From assembly GCA_032718475.1 (NCBI GenBank), contig JAUCBJ010005741.1, positions 62,001 through 126,000 of the forward strand: a DNA stretch of 64,000 bases, in the 5' to 3' direction. Of the stretch, positions 1 through 11,800 are shown in pieces; positions within the stretch are counted from its first letter, which is position 1; the number at the start of each line of letters is the position of its first letter. Made by a program: the position numbers and the translations under genes. The DNA is from Nemertoderma westbladi. Lineage: Eukaryota; Animalia; Xenacoelomorpha. The notes under the pieces were generated by a model. That model saw only the letters and a program-made list of their open reading frames with translations. It was not told the DNA's origin and did not search any database.

Positions 1-180
1 TTCGAGCCATATTATTCACAATATAGCACCCAAACCTCAGAACATCAGTTGAGCCTAATATGAGTCATAACAACATCTTTGCGGTATAGCATGATGGATT
101 ATGCTATACATAGCACAATGTAGCTTATTGGCTATATACATACTAGTCTATCAACATCAGACCACTATAATTTCCGTTAA

Positions 181-1500
181 CCCTATTAAACCCGGGGGGG
201 TGGGGTCAATATGACCCCCCCCCCAGTGGTTTTTTTATTATAATTCTGAAACAAACGCAGTTGGGAATCTGAAATTTTATGACTTTTCCTAAAAATCTAT
301 TGTCTTCCTAGTAGTGAAAACCGTTTTCAAAAATATTGGGTAGTTTTCGAGTTATAGCACCATTTTTTAACCCTACTTTTGGCACTTTTTTTGAGACGTT
401 TTTTGAAAATTACAGTTCATTAAATATGATTTGTAACATCTCTATTTTTGATTTACACCGGTTTTTTGGTGTTAGCAATTGGATGGAATTCATATAAATT
501 GATTTAGAAATTTCAAACTTGTTTTTTTCAGCGGGTGCCAAATTTTGGTGCCAGCACCAAATTTTGAAATATGTCAATTTTGTAAATTGATTGTTTGAAA
601 CTTGTTTTTTACGCAATTGGGGTTTTTTGGGGTTCTGGTTTCGATGAAATATATACGAGTTGCACCAAGCGTATCAAACTTGTATTTTTCGTTGCTGTGT
701 GCAAATTTTGGTGCTAGCACGAAATTTTGAAAATCCATTCAATAGATAAAATTGCTTGTGACAATTTATTTCTTGCATTTTAGAGGTTTATGGGTGTTCT
801 GAATTCAATGGAATATATAATTATCGAACTAGACATCTCAAACTTGTATTTTTCGGAAGTGGGTGCAAAATCTGGTGCTAGCACCAAATTTTGAAAACCA
901 TCAAATATATCAATTGATTGTGTCATCTTGTTTCTTGCGTTATACGGGTTTGTTAAGGTTCTGAATTCAATGGAATCAGTAAAAATTTCATAAGAGTTTT
1001 CAAACTTGTATTTTTCGCCGGTGGGTGAAAATTGTTGTGCCAGCACCAAATTTTGGAAAATGAGTAAATTGATCAGTAGATAGTATCATTTTGTTTCTTG
1101 CGTAATACGGGTTTATGAGAGTCCTGAATCCGATGGAATCAATAAAAACAGCAATGGACATCGCAAACTTGTACTTTTTGGTGATGGGTACGAAATTTGG
1201 TGCTAGCACCAAAATTTGCCAAATTACGCCGAAAAATACACGTAGCAATGATCTGGCATATTTGAAATGTATTCCATTAGAATCAGCGCCCTAGAAAACC
1301 TGAAAATGCGAATTTATAGCATCGTATAAGTGAATTAAAAATTTTGTGTTCTAACTGAAAAGTGCTGGTTACTTGTTTTTTTCATTTTTTTCCTAAGCAT
1401 AGAGGTCTAAACAGCCATTTATGGTAATCATATCATTTTTAAATATTTTCCAATGTATTTTGCGCCCCAGAAAACCTGTATTGAAAAACAATTAGCCGAA
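181..1500. mobile_element. Probable non-autonomous DNA transposon end (piggyBac-like TTAA|CCC terminus); right end not found
   Basis: TTAA at 177-180 followed by CCCTATTAAACCCGGGGG and a GGGGTCA-ata-TGACCCC hairpin, then subterminal repeats. No matching opposite terminus located. Confidence 0.4.
510..1220. repeat. About 5 degenerate ~160-bp units, each containing the palindrome AAATTTTGGTGCTAGCACCAAAATTT
   Basis: The motif 'tcaaacttgtatttttc..gggtgc..aaattttggtgc(c/t)agcaccaaattttg' recurs near 512, 674, 838, 1000 and 1164. Confidence 0.75.
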
Positions 1501-1661
1501 AAATGTAACTTTCAAATTTTGTGAAAATTGTGCACTATTGGTGCTGCAATATTACCACCCCAGTACATTTTGTAATTGTACATTTTGTAATTTAATGATG
1601 TAATTTACATGTAATTACAATGTACAGTATAATCCAATGTAAATTAATGTATAAAAGCTTC

Positions 1662-1864
1662 AATATTATTGTATCTATACAAGTGTACCCTAAGCACTAA
1701 TGTGTCCGGGATCCGGGTTTTATAGGGCTATAAAGTACAGCAGTACATAGGAGACAAGCAAATATTATTGTATCTACACAAGTGTACCCTAAGCACTAAT
1801 GCGTCCGGGATCCGGGTTTTATAGGGCTATAAAGTACAGCAGTACAGAGGAGACAAGCAAATAT
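1662..1864. repeat. Tandem duplication, 2 x 99 bp
   Basis: 'aatattattgtatcta.acaagtgtaccctaagcactaatg.gtccgggatccggg...ggagacaagca' starts at 1662 and again at 1761. Confidence 0.9.
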
Positions 1865-2489
1865 GTATTTGAGGAACGTAAAAAAAGTTATACAAAAATG
1901 AATTTAGCTTTGGGGTATTTGTATTTTATACTAAAGGTGTACAGTAGGTCTGGTGGTCTTCGTCATATTTGAATATATTTTTATGATAAATTACTAGGGG
2001 AAACTAAATGTCAGTCCCGATAATTTACTTTGTGACTGTGCATACAGTACATGCATTGTACTACAACTTTTAAGAGCACAACAATCGTGTATGGTGGCAG
2101 TTTTGCATACGGCCGTACGCGTACAGAATGAGATCAGAAAAAGGACTGTATGCTATACTGTACAACTACGACCAGACACTATATGATCAGTACATATATA
2201 TCAGTTTCACAAACAACTACTGAACTTTTGAATTATGATACACCTTTAATCACCGGTACTCACCGCACAGTAAATGTATACTACTTCCACATTATAGAGT
2301 TAGGTACTGTAGGCCTACATACTTTCACTTTCTCAACAGTTACTGTACGCTATTTACCTTTAGTTCTGTAGGCCTACATAAAAGTTACTTTCTTTACCGT
2401 TTGTTATGTACATAATGTTACTATCTTTTCCTACCAAATATTCCCTGGGCGGTAGAGCAAGTTGCTTTTATTGATATTATTTGACCTAT

Positions 2490-3297
2490 GTGTCATTTTT
2501 GACACATCCGGCCTTTCGGATAGATCTTTTTACAGAACACAAGCGAACACAGTAGAACACAACCGAAGACACTCAAAAAACTGCCGAACACAATCGAACG
2601 CAGTCGAAAATTGAAAGAGCACAAAAAAATAACACTGGGTACCAAGTTTTAGATAAAGTTAGCCACGCGTTGCTTTCCTATAAAAAATTCCCGATATTAT
2701 TGATTAGAATTGTCGCGAAATTAAATACCGGTATTCATTTCGTATCAGATCAGGCCTAGCCTAAGCCGACCACTAATAATTTAACATAGTAGTAGGCTGA
2801 AGTTAAGTGTGGTTAGCACCGGGACAGAGATCCCTACCGGTACCGGTACCTGCCAGGGTAGGTACCTAACCGGGACCCAGCTCTTTATATTCCAGTACAG
2901 CAGTAGGCAGGTAGGTACCGGTACCTATGTTGTACCGTGTTGTACTGTACCGTACGTCATGTACAGTACGTACTGTAACGGGCCTAACTTCCTAATTCAT
3001 AACCTCAGCAATCAGTCCCAGACCAAGCTATTCCAGTACACATGCAAACAGGCCTATCAGTTAACCCGCTATTACTATATATGTGACAGGTACGGTACCC
3101 GGTAGGCTTCCTACATAGTTTGTTATACAGTACAGCAGTACACAACAAATGATAGGCCTACCTGATAAGAAATGAATATTTAATTTCGCGACAATTTTAT
3201 TTAATAATTTCGGGAATTTCCGAAAATATGGACCCTCATGATTACATTGTAGCTTGTGAGGTACGGTCAAAGTCTGATTTGTGTAAAAAATGACACA
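2490..3297. mobile_element. MITE-like element with nested inverted repeats
   Basis: tgtgtcattttttgacaca (~2490) is inverted at ~3280. ttcccgatattattgattagaattgtcgcgaaattaaata (~2688-2727) is inverted at ~3178-3217. Confidence 0.45.
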
Positions 3298-3599
3298 CTG
3301 GCCTTTCTAATGTTAACATTTCCCATTGACGCCGACTCAGAAAATTATACATCCCAGTATCAGAGGGAAAAATAATGTTTAGTTTTGGTGTAATATATCA
3401 TTACTAATAAATTTACCGCTGCTCTAAATAGCCGTGTGTATACTGGTATAGGTTAATGTTAACATTATTAAATATAATACATGTTCTACAGCTACACTAA
3501 TAACTCAATGCCCCTCCACCTTAAGTTTTTATTTTGAAGACACTTCATCAAATGCGGAAAATACCAATCAACTCACAACCGCATTGTTGGAGATGATAA

Positions 3600-3659
3600 T
3601 CAGCTATCCGGTGTTGGTGGCGTTGGCGGTGGTGGTGGCGGTGGTGGTGGCGGTTTGTC
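3600..3659 (-). CDS. Terminal exon of a putative small secreted proline-rich protein (DKPPPPPPPPPPTPPTPDS*)
   Basis: Minus-strand acceptor ttttgttttcag|GAC, in phase 0 with the exon at 4894-5058. TGA ends at 3600 and a minus-strand AATAAA lies at 3528-3533. Confidence 0.5.
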   Translation of the reverse strand, partial: DKPPPPPPPPPPTPPTPDS

Positions 3660-3710
3660 CTGAAAACAAAATGCATTGTATTGTAAATGTATTAATTAAT
3701 ACAGTTCCAC

Positions 3711-4835
3711 AACAGTGAGGTTCATAAGATACAGCATAGGAATTAGGCTCGTTTCAGTAACCTGGGTACAGGAAGATAAACAGTGAGGTTCATAGGATAC
3801 ATTGTAGGAATTAGGCCCGTTTTAGTAACCGGGGTACAGGAAGATAAACAGTGAGGTTCTTAGGATACATCATAGGAATTAGGCGCGTTTCAGTAACCGC
3901 GGTACAGGAAGATAAATAATGAGGTTCATAGGATACAGTATAGGAATTAGGCTCGTTTCAGTAACCGGGGTACAGGAAGATAAACAGTGAGGTTCATAGG
4001 ATACAGTGTAGGAATTAGGCTCGTTTCAGTAACCAGGGTACAGGAAGATAAACAGTGAGGTTCATAGGACACAGCATAGGAATTAGGCCTGTTTCAGTAA
4101 ACGCGGTACAGGAAGATAACAGTGAGGTTCATACGATACAGTGTAGGAATTAGGCTCGTTTCAGTAACCAGGATACAGGAAGATAGACAGTGAGGTTCAT
4201 AGGATACATCATAGGAATTAGGCTCGTTTCAGTTACCAGGGTACAGGAAGATAAACAGTGAGGTTCATAGGATACAGCGTAGGAATTAGGCTCGTTTCAG
4301 TAACCCGGGTACAGGAAGATAAACAGTGAGGTTCATAGGATACAGCATAGGATTTAGGCCCATTTCAGTAACCGCGGTACAGGAAGATAAACAGTGAGGT
4401 TCATAGGATACAGCATAGGAATTAGGCCCGTTTCAGTAACCGGGGTACAGGAAGATAAACAGCGAGGTTCATAGGATACAGCATATGAATTAGGCTCATT
4501 TCAGTAACCGGGGTACAGGAAGATAAACAGTGAGGTTCATAGGATACAGCATAGGAATTAGGCCCATTTCAGTAACCAGGGTACAGGAAGATAAACAGTG
4601 AGGTTCATAGGATACAGTGTAGGAATTACGCCCGTTTCAGTAACCGGGGTACAGGAAGATAAACAGTGAGGTTCATAGGATACATCATAGGAATTAGGCC
4701 CATTTCAGTAACCGGGGTACAGGAAGATAAACAGTGAGGTTCATAGGATACAGCATAGGAATTAGGCCCATTTCAGTAGCCACGGTACAGGAAGATAAAC
4801 TGTGAGGTTCATAGGATACAGCATAGGAATTAGGC
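3711..4835. repeat. 68-bp minisatellite, ~16.5 copies, filling the intron of the small minus-strand gene
   Basis: Unit aacagtgaggttcataggatacagcataggaattaggctcgtttcagtaaccggggtacaggaagata, starting at 3711, 3779 and so on. Confidence 0.95.
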
Positions 4836-4893
4836 ATGTAGTAATATTATGAGGCCTACTTAATGACTTTTGAAAAAAGGTGTTAATACTTAC

Positions 4894-5058
4894 ATTGACA
4901 GTGACAGACCACGATGTGGTAGAAGCCTGGGGGCCGGATAGGTTAGGATTAAAATACCTTCGTTCTATGTTGAGGTATTTGCTACGTATTGGTAGATTCT
5001 GGTCGCTATTGGCAGTAAGGGCCAGTGTAACTAACAACAATAGCATAAAACAATTCAT
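4894..5058 (-). CDS. First coding exon of a putative small secreted protein (signal-peptide-like MNCFMLLLLVTLALTANS)
   Basis: ATG at 5058, hydrophobic N-terminus, then donor AAT|GTAAGT at 4894/4893 after exactly 55 codons. Confidence 0.5.
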
Positions 5059-5744
5059 ATTAATTAATTTGTAGATTGAATTAAAGTACAGCTAATAAAG
5101 GGTTATACCCAGAATAATATTGTCAGTGTGTTAACGACTTACACGTTATCCCTATAATTTTACACGTTATCCCTATAATTAAGAAATATCGCAAATAATA
5201 CCACACATTAGATACAGTATGACAAGATATTTAGACACATAAAAAGTTTCATATGCAGTTTTTTTATCAGCAGTCGCTGCGGAATGTTGCCATTCTGAAT
5301 TATAATTACATTTTATGCGATTATTCAATTATTAATTATAACTCTCATTATTTCTCACAAGTTTATTAGAAAGTCAATAATTCTACTTTCCAAAAACTTA
5401 GCCGTTTATCAAAGAAACAAATTGGGCTTCACAATCCGTCAATCAAATATAATTAACCTTTGTAGTAGTTTTGAGTTTTAAGTAGCAAATTTAACAAAAT
5501 AATTATTTACATTACGTTCAAATCGGATTCATTAAAAACTAATGTAACTTGTAAAACTAATGATTTTCAGATAGGTCCAGTGTGAATTCAACATCCATAA
5601 TATAGTACCACAGCGCACAAAGTTCAAATAGAATACCTGTAATATAAATTACAGGTAGGCCCGACTGGTAACTGGTACTCTGAACACATAACCTTGGCAA
5701 CCAGTAAACCCTTCTACGAGACCACACCGAGTTGTAAACACTGT

Positions 5745-6210
5745 GGTAACCTGTGTGCTGACCGCTTCCATGGTAACCTATGTGCTGACCGCTACCATGG
5801 TAACCTGTGTGCTGACCGCTACCACGGTGACCTGTGTGCTGACCGCTACCATGGTAACCTGTGTGCTGACCGTTACCATAGTAACCTGTGTGCGACTGGT
5901 AACCCGTGTGCCGACCGCTACCACGGTAACCTGTGTACCGACCGCTACCACGGTAACCTGTGTGCCGACCCACGGTAACCTGTGTGCCGACCGCAACCAC
6001 GGTAACCTGAGTGCCAACCGCTACCATGATAACCCATGTGCCGACCCAGGGTAACCTGTGTGCCGACTGCTACCACGGTAACCCGTGTGTCGACCGGCGG
6101 TAACCTGTGTGCCAACCGCAACCACGGTAACCCGTGTACCGACCGCTACCACGGTAACCTGTGTGCCGACCCATGGTAACCTGTGTGCCGACCGCTACCA
6201 CGGTAACCTG
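5745..6210. repeat. 27-bp satellite, left part (split by the LTR element)
   Basis: Unit ctgtgtgccgaccgctaccacggtaac and shorter variants. Confidence 0.95.
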
Positions 6211-7351
6211 TGTAAAGGCTTTTGCGTAATTAGCCGGTTATTTTTCCCGTAAAGTACTCTGTAGTTGGTTTACCAGGCATAAAAGGCCGTGTCCTTACTG
6301 TATTGTTGTTTTAGAGGACATAAAAGTAATTTCTTCTGTATGTGTACTTTAGCGGACATAATCCGCAATTTTATGACGCAATAAGCCGGATCCTCTTGAA
6401 ACAGTGTAGATACCATGACGATGGCTAACAGCTGATATTGCCACGTAGAACATCTCTTTGTTCTTTGTTCTCTCTTTGTCCGGTCGACCAATCAGAGCGT
6501 TTTTTGCCTCTGTGTTGGAGATGGTATATAGAAACTAGGGAAGTGAGTCAGTATGTGATTTTTGTCCACAGCCTACAACACCGGCGTGGAACCTCCGTGT
6601 TTCAGTCTTTAGCATCAACATTAGTAGGCTTAATTATAGAACGTATATCCGTTATCTCAGTCACTCATAATTATTCATACCTTAACATTACTGCTTTTGC
6701 TGTCAGTTATTCATTATATTTGTTGATGGAATATTATATTCGGAATACTGATAAACAATCAGACACCCCAATCTTCTTGATATACTAAAGGTTAGATAGA
6801 CCGGATACATATAACGATTGCGACTTACATTAAGTGGTTTGAAGTGAATCTAATGCTATTTTATAGGCCCTACACGTATTGTCTGTTGTTCTCCTTATAT
6901 GTGACTAAAATTAGTGAAGGTCGGCAGATTAGTGTGCAGCATTGTGCAGTATTGTGTATGATTGTGATTGATAACGAAGCATCTCCTAAAGAATGCGCCA
7001 TATACGTGAATCTATAGCCATCCTGTTGTGTCTGGTTTAAGTCATAACTCTGTTTATATATTTAAAGCGCCACGTCCTAAAGGAACTGTTAATATTTCCC
7101 GAAAGTGAATAATATTTGTCAGAGATTATATATACTAAGATCAGTCGAATAATACAGTAGGCCTATCCCGCAATACGATTAGGCTTCCGAATCCAGTCTC
7201 CCGGGTATATCCAGCGGGTGAATGATCGCGCATAGACTGGTTTCGGCTAATGTAGTGTATCAAATATTTGTCGTAGGCTAAAGACTATCTATTATCTAGA
7301 AGACATCCTAATTTGGCAGGTTAAACTGCTAAAGGTCTGAAAGCGCGAACA
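6211..7351 (+). repeat. 5' LTR (1141 bp, TGT...ACA)
   Basis: Matches 23493-24633 apart from about 8 substitutions noticed by eye. Confidence 0.97.
6488..6553 (+). promoter_or_regulatory. Putative LTR core promoter (CCAAT, TATA, Inr)
   Basis: CCAATCAG at 6488, TATATAGAA at 6525 and TCAGT at 6548, in plausible order and spacing. Confidence 0.5.
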
Positions 7352-7366
7352 ATAACGGATATACGT
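7352..7366 (+). other. Primer-binding-site position: non-tRNA, complementary to LTR 6641-6655
   Basis: ATAACGGATATACGT directly abuts the LTR end. Its reverse complement ACGTATATCCGTTAT is at 6641-6655 and 23923-23937. No TGG-starting tRNA PBS is present here. Confidence 0.7.
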
Positions 7367-7694
7367 CTAATTGCAGGGTAGGCAATAAATACAGTTTAAT
7401 ATTGTTCTGGTAAGAACAATAACGGATACTGCTTCTGTATTGCAGTAGGCAATAAAGCTGAAGTACCGGCAACCGGTACCCAGTAGGCCTGACTACCTAA
7501 CCACCCGGACCGGTACCTACAGCAGTACAGGTACAGCAGTATTATTCGATTTTGATAATTATATACCAGTAGGCCTTAATAATTAATCGGGGACTGCAGC
7601 CCTGGTTTTTTATTGAGATTTTACTTATTTCTGTCAGTTTTATTTACTTGTAGGTTAATATTGAGCAGAAGGCGTGTAAGCCTGCTCAGATTGT

Positions 7695-8165
7695 ACAGAT
7701 AATTTGTAGGCTGGACTGTTGTCTGACTGTTGTTAAGTCTGAACGGATTGCAGTGTGTGTAGAGCATCTGTCCGATAAAGTGCTAGTTAGGAACGTAGGG
7801 GCTTCAAGTGCTGTGAGGTAAACCCCCTTTGAAAGAATAAGTCGTACTACTAGGTTAGAACGCATACTAACTAATCATTTCGGAGTCTGCATATACTGTA
7901 GTTTATTTAGGCTTGATAGTAGTCTGCCATCGTTTGGTCTGTACTTTGTTTGTGTAGTCTGTACAGGTAGCGTATAATTCTTATTTAGATAATTCGTAGG
8001 CTGGATAGTTGTCTGGCTGTTGTTAGGTCTGAGGAAATTTCGGTGTGTGTAGAGTGTATGTCCGATAAAGTGCCAGTTGGGAACGTAGTTTGTTTAGGCT
8101 TGATAGTAGTCTGTCAGTATTTGGTCTGGATTTTGTTTGAGTAGTCTGTACACGCGTAGCGTAAT
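7695..8165 (+). repeat. Imperfect direct duplication within the 5' leader of the LTR element
   Basis: 'agataatt.gtaggctgga..gttgtctg.ctgttgtta.gtctga...tccgataaagtgc.agtt.ggaacgtag' at ~7697 and ~7987; 'gtagttt.tttaggcttgatagtagtctg' at ~7898 and ~8085. Confidence 0.75.
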
Positions 8166-8808
8166 ATTTATTATTCAGAGTTTATGCGATTATTCGCAAC
8201 ATTCATTCCCCAAGTTTATTCCTGCAGTAATTGTGCTTGTTATACATACCGTTACAGTTAAACTAACCCCGGTACTACATCAGGGCTGCTCGGCGTAGGT
8301 AAAGACTGGAGATTTTGTGCTTTGGTCACTCCGGCAGATACCATGGTTCTTTTAGCTGTTCAAGTATTTCTAACTACTGATTATTTGTTATATAAGTACT
8401 TGTACCTAATTTAGGGTTTAGTGTACAGTGCTTTCCGAAGGTGATTAGTGTGTAGGCAGTATATTTGTGTTGTAAAGTGGTTAATAGGCACGTTGGTTCT
8501 GGTAGACCGCGGTAATTAACTTCTAGGTAGGAACACTCCGTGATACATAACGTAGTACTTATAGCGATACGGCTATAAGTCGTCAGACGGTGGTATTTTT
8601 CTATCTGGACAACGCAGTATATTTACTACTACTTATTATTTTCAAATACCGTAGTACCCTGTCCGTTGTAATAACCAGATATTCTAACCCTTTGTTAGGC
8701 TGGTTAGTAGACTTCTTGTAAAATTACCCTAAAAATTCGTATTATAAAATTCGTGCTGCCGCGGCAGCAGCAGCGGCAGAGGTAGAAGCGGAAAGAAAGG
8801 CGATAGAA

Positions 8809-11800
8809 GTGGAAAGAAAGGCGTTAGAAGTGGAAAGAAAGGCGGCAGTGGCAGTGGCCGAAGCGGAAAGAAAGGCTGTAGTGGCAGCGGCAGAGGCAGT
8901 GGCAGAAGCAGAACGGAGAGCGGCTGAAGAAACCACCCAATTAGAATTGGAAAACATTCAGGAGAATCAAGACTGCATAAATAAACAGTTAACAGCTAGT
9001 AATATGCAGATGATGAATCGATCTACTCCCAAAAGACAGGGATATACATCATCTGAGGAAGGCGATACCACCGATACTGAAGGCAAAGGAAATAGATCTC
9101 GTCTAAGCAGACGTAGAAGAACATCCCACCGTCAGAAATTGCCTGATTTGCCTCCAGCTGTTAGAAGGCAACTAAATAACACAAACTTAGGTAGTACAGA
9201 ACCCACAGACCAAATAATTAAAATAGAAAGACTCCCTACTATAGTAGATGAGCCTGAAATAATTAGGCCTGTTCCCGAAGCCACCCTTTCGGTGGTAGAG
9301 ACACCTGTACTCCCTGAACCTACCCCTAAATTCCCTCTGCACAGCACTAAGCTACCTGTGCCCAGCAGAACAGCCCATGAGACAATCCATGTTCTGGACT
9401 CCGAGCGAAATATTAATGATTTGTCGCCCGTTGTCCCTCGTCCGCCCGCTACAACGTTGGCGGCTCCCGCTTCGGCGGTCGAGTGGGTGGATGAGAAACG
9501 ACGGGGGATGGATCTCCTGCTCGGGCAGATGCAGGAGACCGTTCAGCAATTCAAGGGCACAGTAAGGGAAAGTAGGTTAGAGTTGCAAGAAGTGCAGCAA
9601 AGAATCGCGTTAGAACGCGATAAATTAGTAAATACACAAAAGGGTATACCACCACCCCCGGTAACAATGTGTCAACCTGTTAGGTCTGAAGTATTTCATG
9701 CGCAAGGTGTGGAGCCTACAAGCATATATACTGCTAGCGAAGTAGAAACTCCTATAGTGAACCCTATTAAGGGTAATTATAGACCTGTTGATAATGATAT
9801 TCCCTATAGACCTGATCATAATCCGAGAAATTTATATACCGATAACTCGATATTAAATAACACGATGGCCCAAGAAAGTTTTATGCGTCAAATGGCTAGA
9901 ACCGAAGCCCGGCAAGCGGTAAAGGTGGGAGAGATAGTCAACTTCAATGGAGATGAGATGAAATGGTTACCTTTTAATGAATATTACAAAGATAACATAC
10001 AGAACTCTGCGCTATCTAATGGAGAGAAACTTAGATTCCTCATCGAGTGCTTGGAACGATCTCCCAAGCTAATGGCGTTAAAGTTTATTGGACATCCAGA
10101 CGGATTAAGACAAGTTTGGGATACACTAAACATCAGGTATGGTAATAGGAATAACATAGCTGGGTATTTGTATGCAAAGTTGGTAGCGCCCCGAAAGTTT
10201 ATTAGCAGCGGGATTATAGAGTTTTCCGATGAGATTCAGGAGATCTGCAGACAATTAGATTGGCTAGGTAAGTCTCATGAGTATCAGAGTGCTATGGTTA
10301 TTAGAGCAGTGGCTTCTACTTTACCGAAGGGTGGAGTAGGTACACGCTGGGACAAGAAAGTGTTATATATGATGGAACAACAACAACGAGACCCTACCAT
10401 GGCTGATCTCATGTCATTCTTGGATGGCGAAGTGAAATTGCAGCTCATAAAGCAGTCCAGAGAGAAGACACCGGAAAACAAGGTAAGTGAGAAACCCGTC
10501 TCTAGGAGAAAGGTAACACCAGTGTGTTATACAGACGATGGCTAAAGCCAGACTTCTCAAGGAGAGGATAGCGGGAAAGACACTGAAAGATCTTATTATG
10601 TCAATAAAACGCCTAAAGACCAGGTAAGTAAATTCAAGTCTCGAACCAATGACAGGAGAGAACAGGTAAGAAAAACTCCTCCTACGTCTCCCAAGAGAAT
10701 TCAGGTGAGAAAGCCCGAAGAAAGAACGAGTGTGCACAATGTTACTCAAAATAAGGTAAGTAACATCAAACCGAAATGTGCGCTATGTGACGGGACCCAC
10801 CGTTTGAATACGTGTGATGAATTCCTGAAGAAATCATTAGCGGAGAGACGGGAAGTCATGTGGGATAAGCGGTTGTGTTATAATTGCCTCAGACAAGGAC
10901 ACCAACGGCGAACCTGTTACTCCGACACAAGGTGTGCAAAGTGCGGTGCGAAACATCATATCTTGTTGCACACTGAATTCGAGCGAAATAGTCCGAGTCA
11001 GGTAAGTGATTCCGAACTACATGTCCAATTCAGTGATGTGAACGACACTGATCAATCTGAGATGGAAGGATTCTATACGGACGAGTTCTCCGACGAAAAC
11101 GAATCCTGTTACATGATAAATACCGCAGTGTATCGAGCACTCACGTATGAAAAAGATACAGACAGCGACCTCACCCTAACTACTTCTGATCGACAACCAT
11201 CTTGGAAAGCACCATCTTCCAATGTAGGAATCCGAGAATTTCCTGTAGTACAGGTAAGGGTTCACGGACCTAAAAGGAGTTATGTAGTGAACGCCCTCCT
11301 TGACTCCGGTAGTACAGGAACATTCATCGACAAAGAACTAGCCGAAGACATTTTTGCTGGACAACCCAAGCTCCGAACTAAGCTAAACATGTCAGGAATT
11401 ATGCAGGTTTGGAAATCTACAGTAATCGCGGATTATTATGTAGGTGCGTTGTCCACCCCCCAGGATGAACTAGGAGAACATAGTATAAGGTCAGTAAAAA
11501 TGGTGGCGATAAAGAACTTCGCTACCACTCAAGTGGAACCTTATAACTGGGATGAGGACGATTTCACCCAGCAGCTGGAAATACCTAGACTCGACACCGA
11601 TTACCCTGGAGTGCAAATACTCATCGGTCAAAACGCGCATGAAGCGCTCGAGACATTGGAGAAACGGCCCGCTCAACCGCAACCACTACAAGCTTATGCG
11701 GGAAGAACTAGAGTGGGTTGGTACTTTACTGGCCCTTCCCGTAGAACTCTCATGGAAAGATTACCGAAAGACCAGGTATGTCAAGTGAGAGAATGGGAAG

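Noticed and set aside
3711-4835. Regular repeats as a CRISPR array or hammerhead-ribozyme satellite
   Set aside because: No unique spacers and eukaryotic context; no intact CUGANGA...GAAA core on either strand.
6270-6788. Short ORFs within the LTRs (repeated at 23552-24070)
   Set aside because: No recognisable motifs; they are duplicated only because the LTR is.
8323-8339. TGGTCACTCCGGCAGAT as a tRNA-type PBS
   Set aside because: About 970 bp from the LTR end, so it could not define the observed LTR boundary; no tRNA match can be confirmed.
10543-10545. Programmed gag-pol stop-codon readthrough
   Set aside because: The TAA lies upstream of the Gag zinc knuckles, BEL/Pao elements normally have one continuous ORF, and similar nonsense lesions occur elsewhere in this copy.
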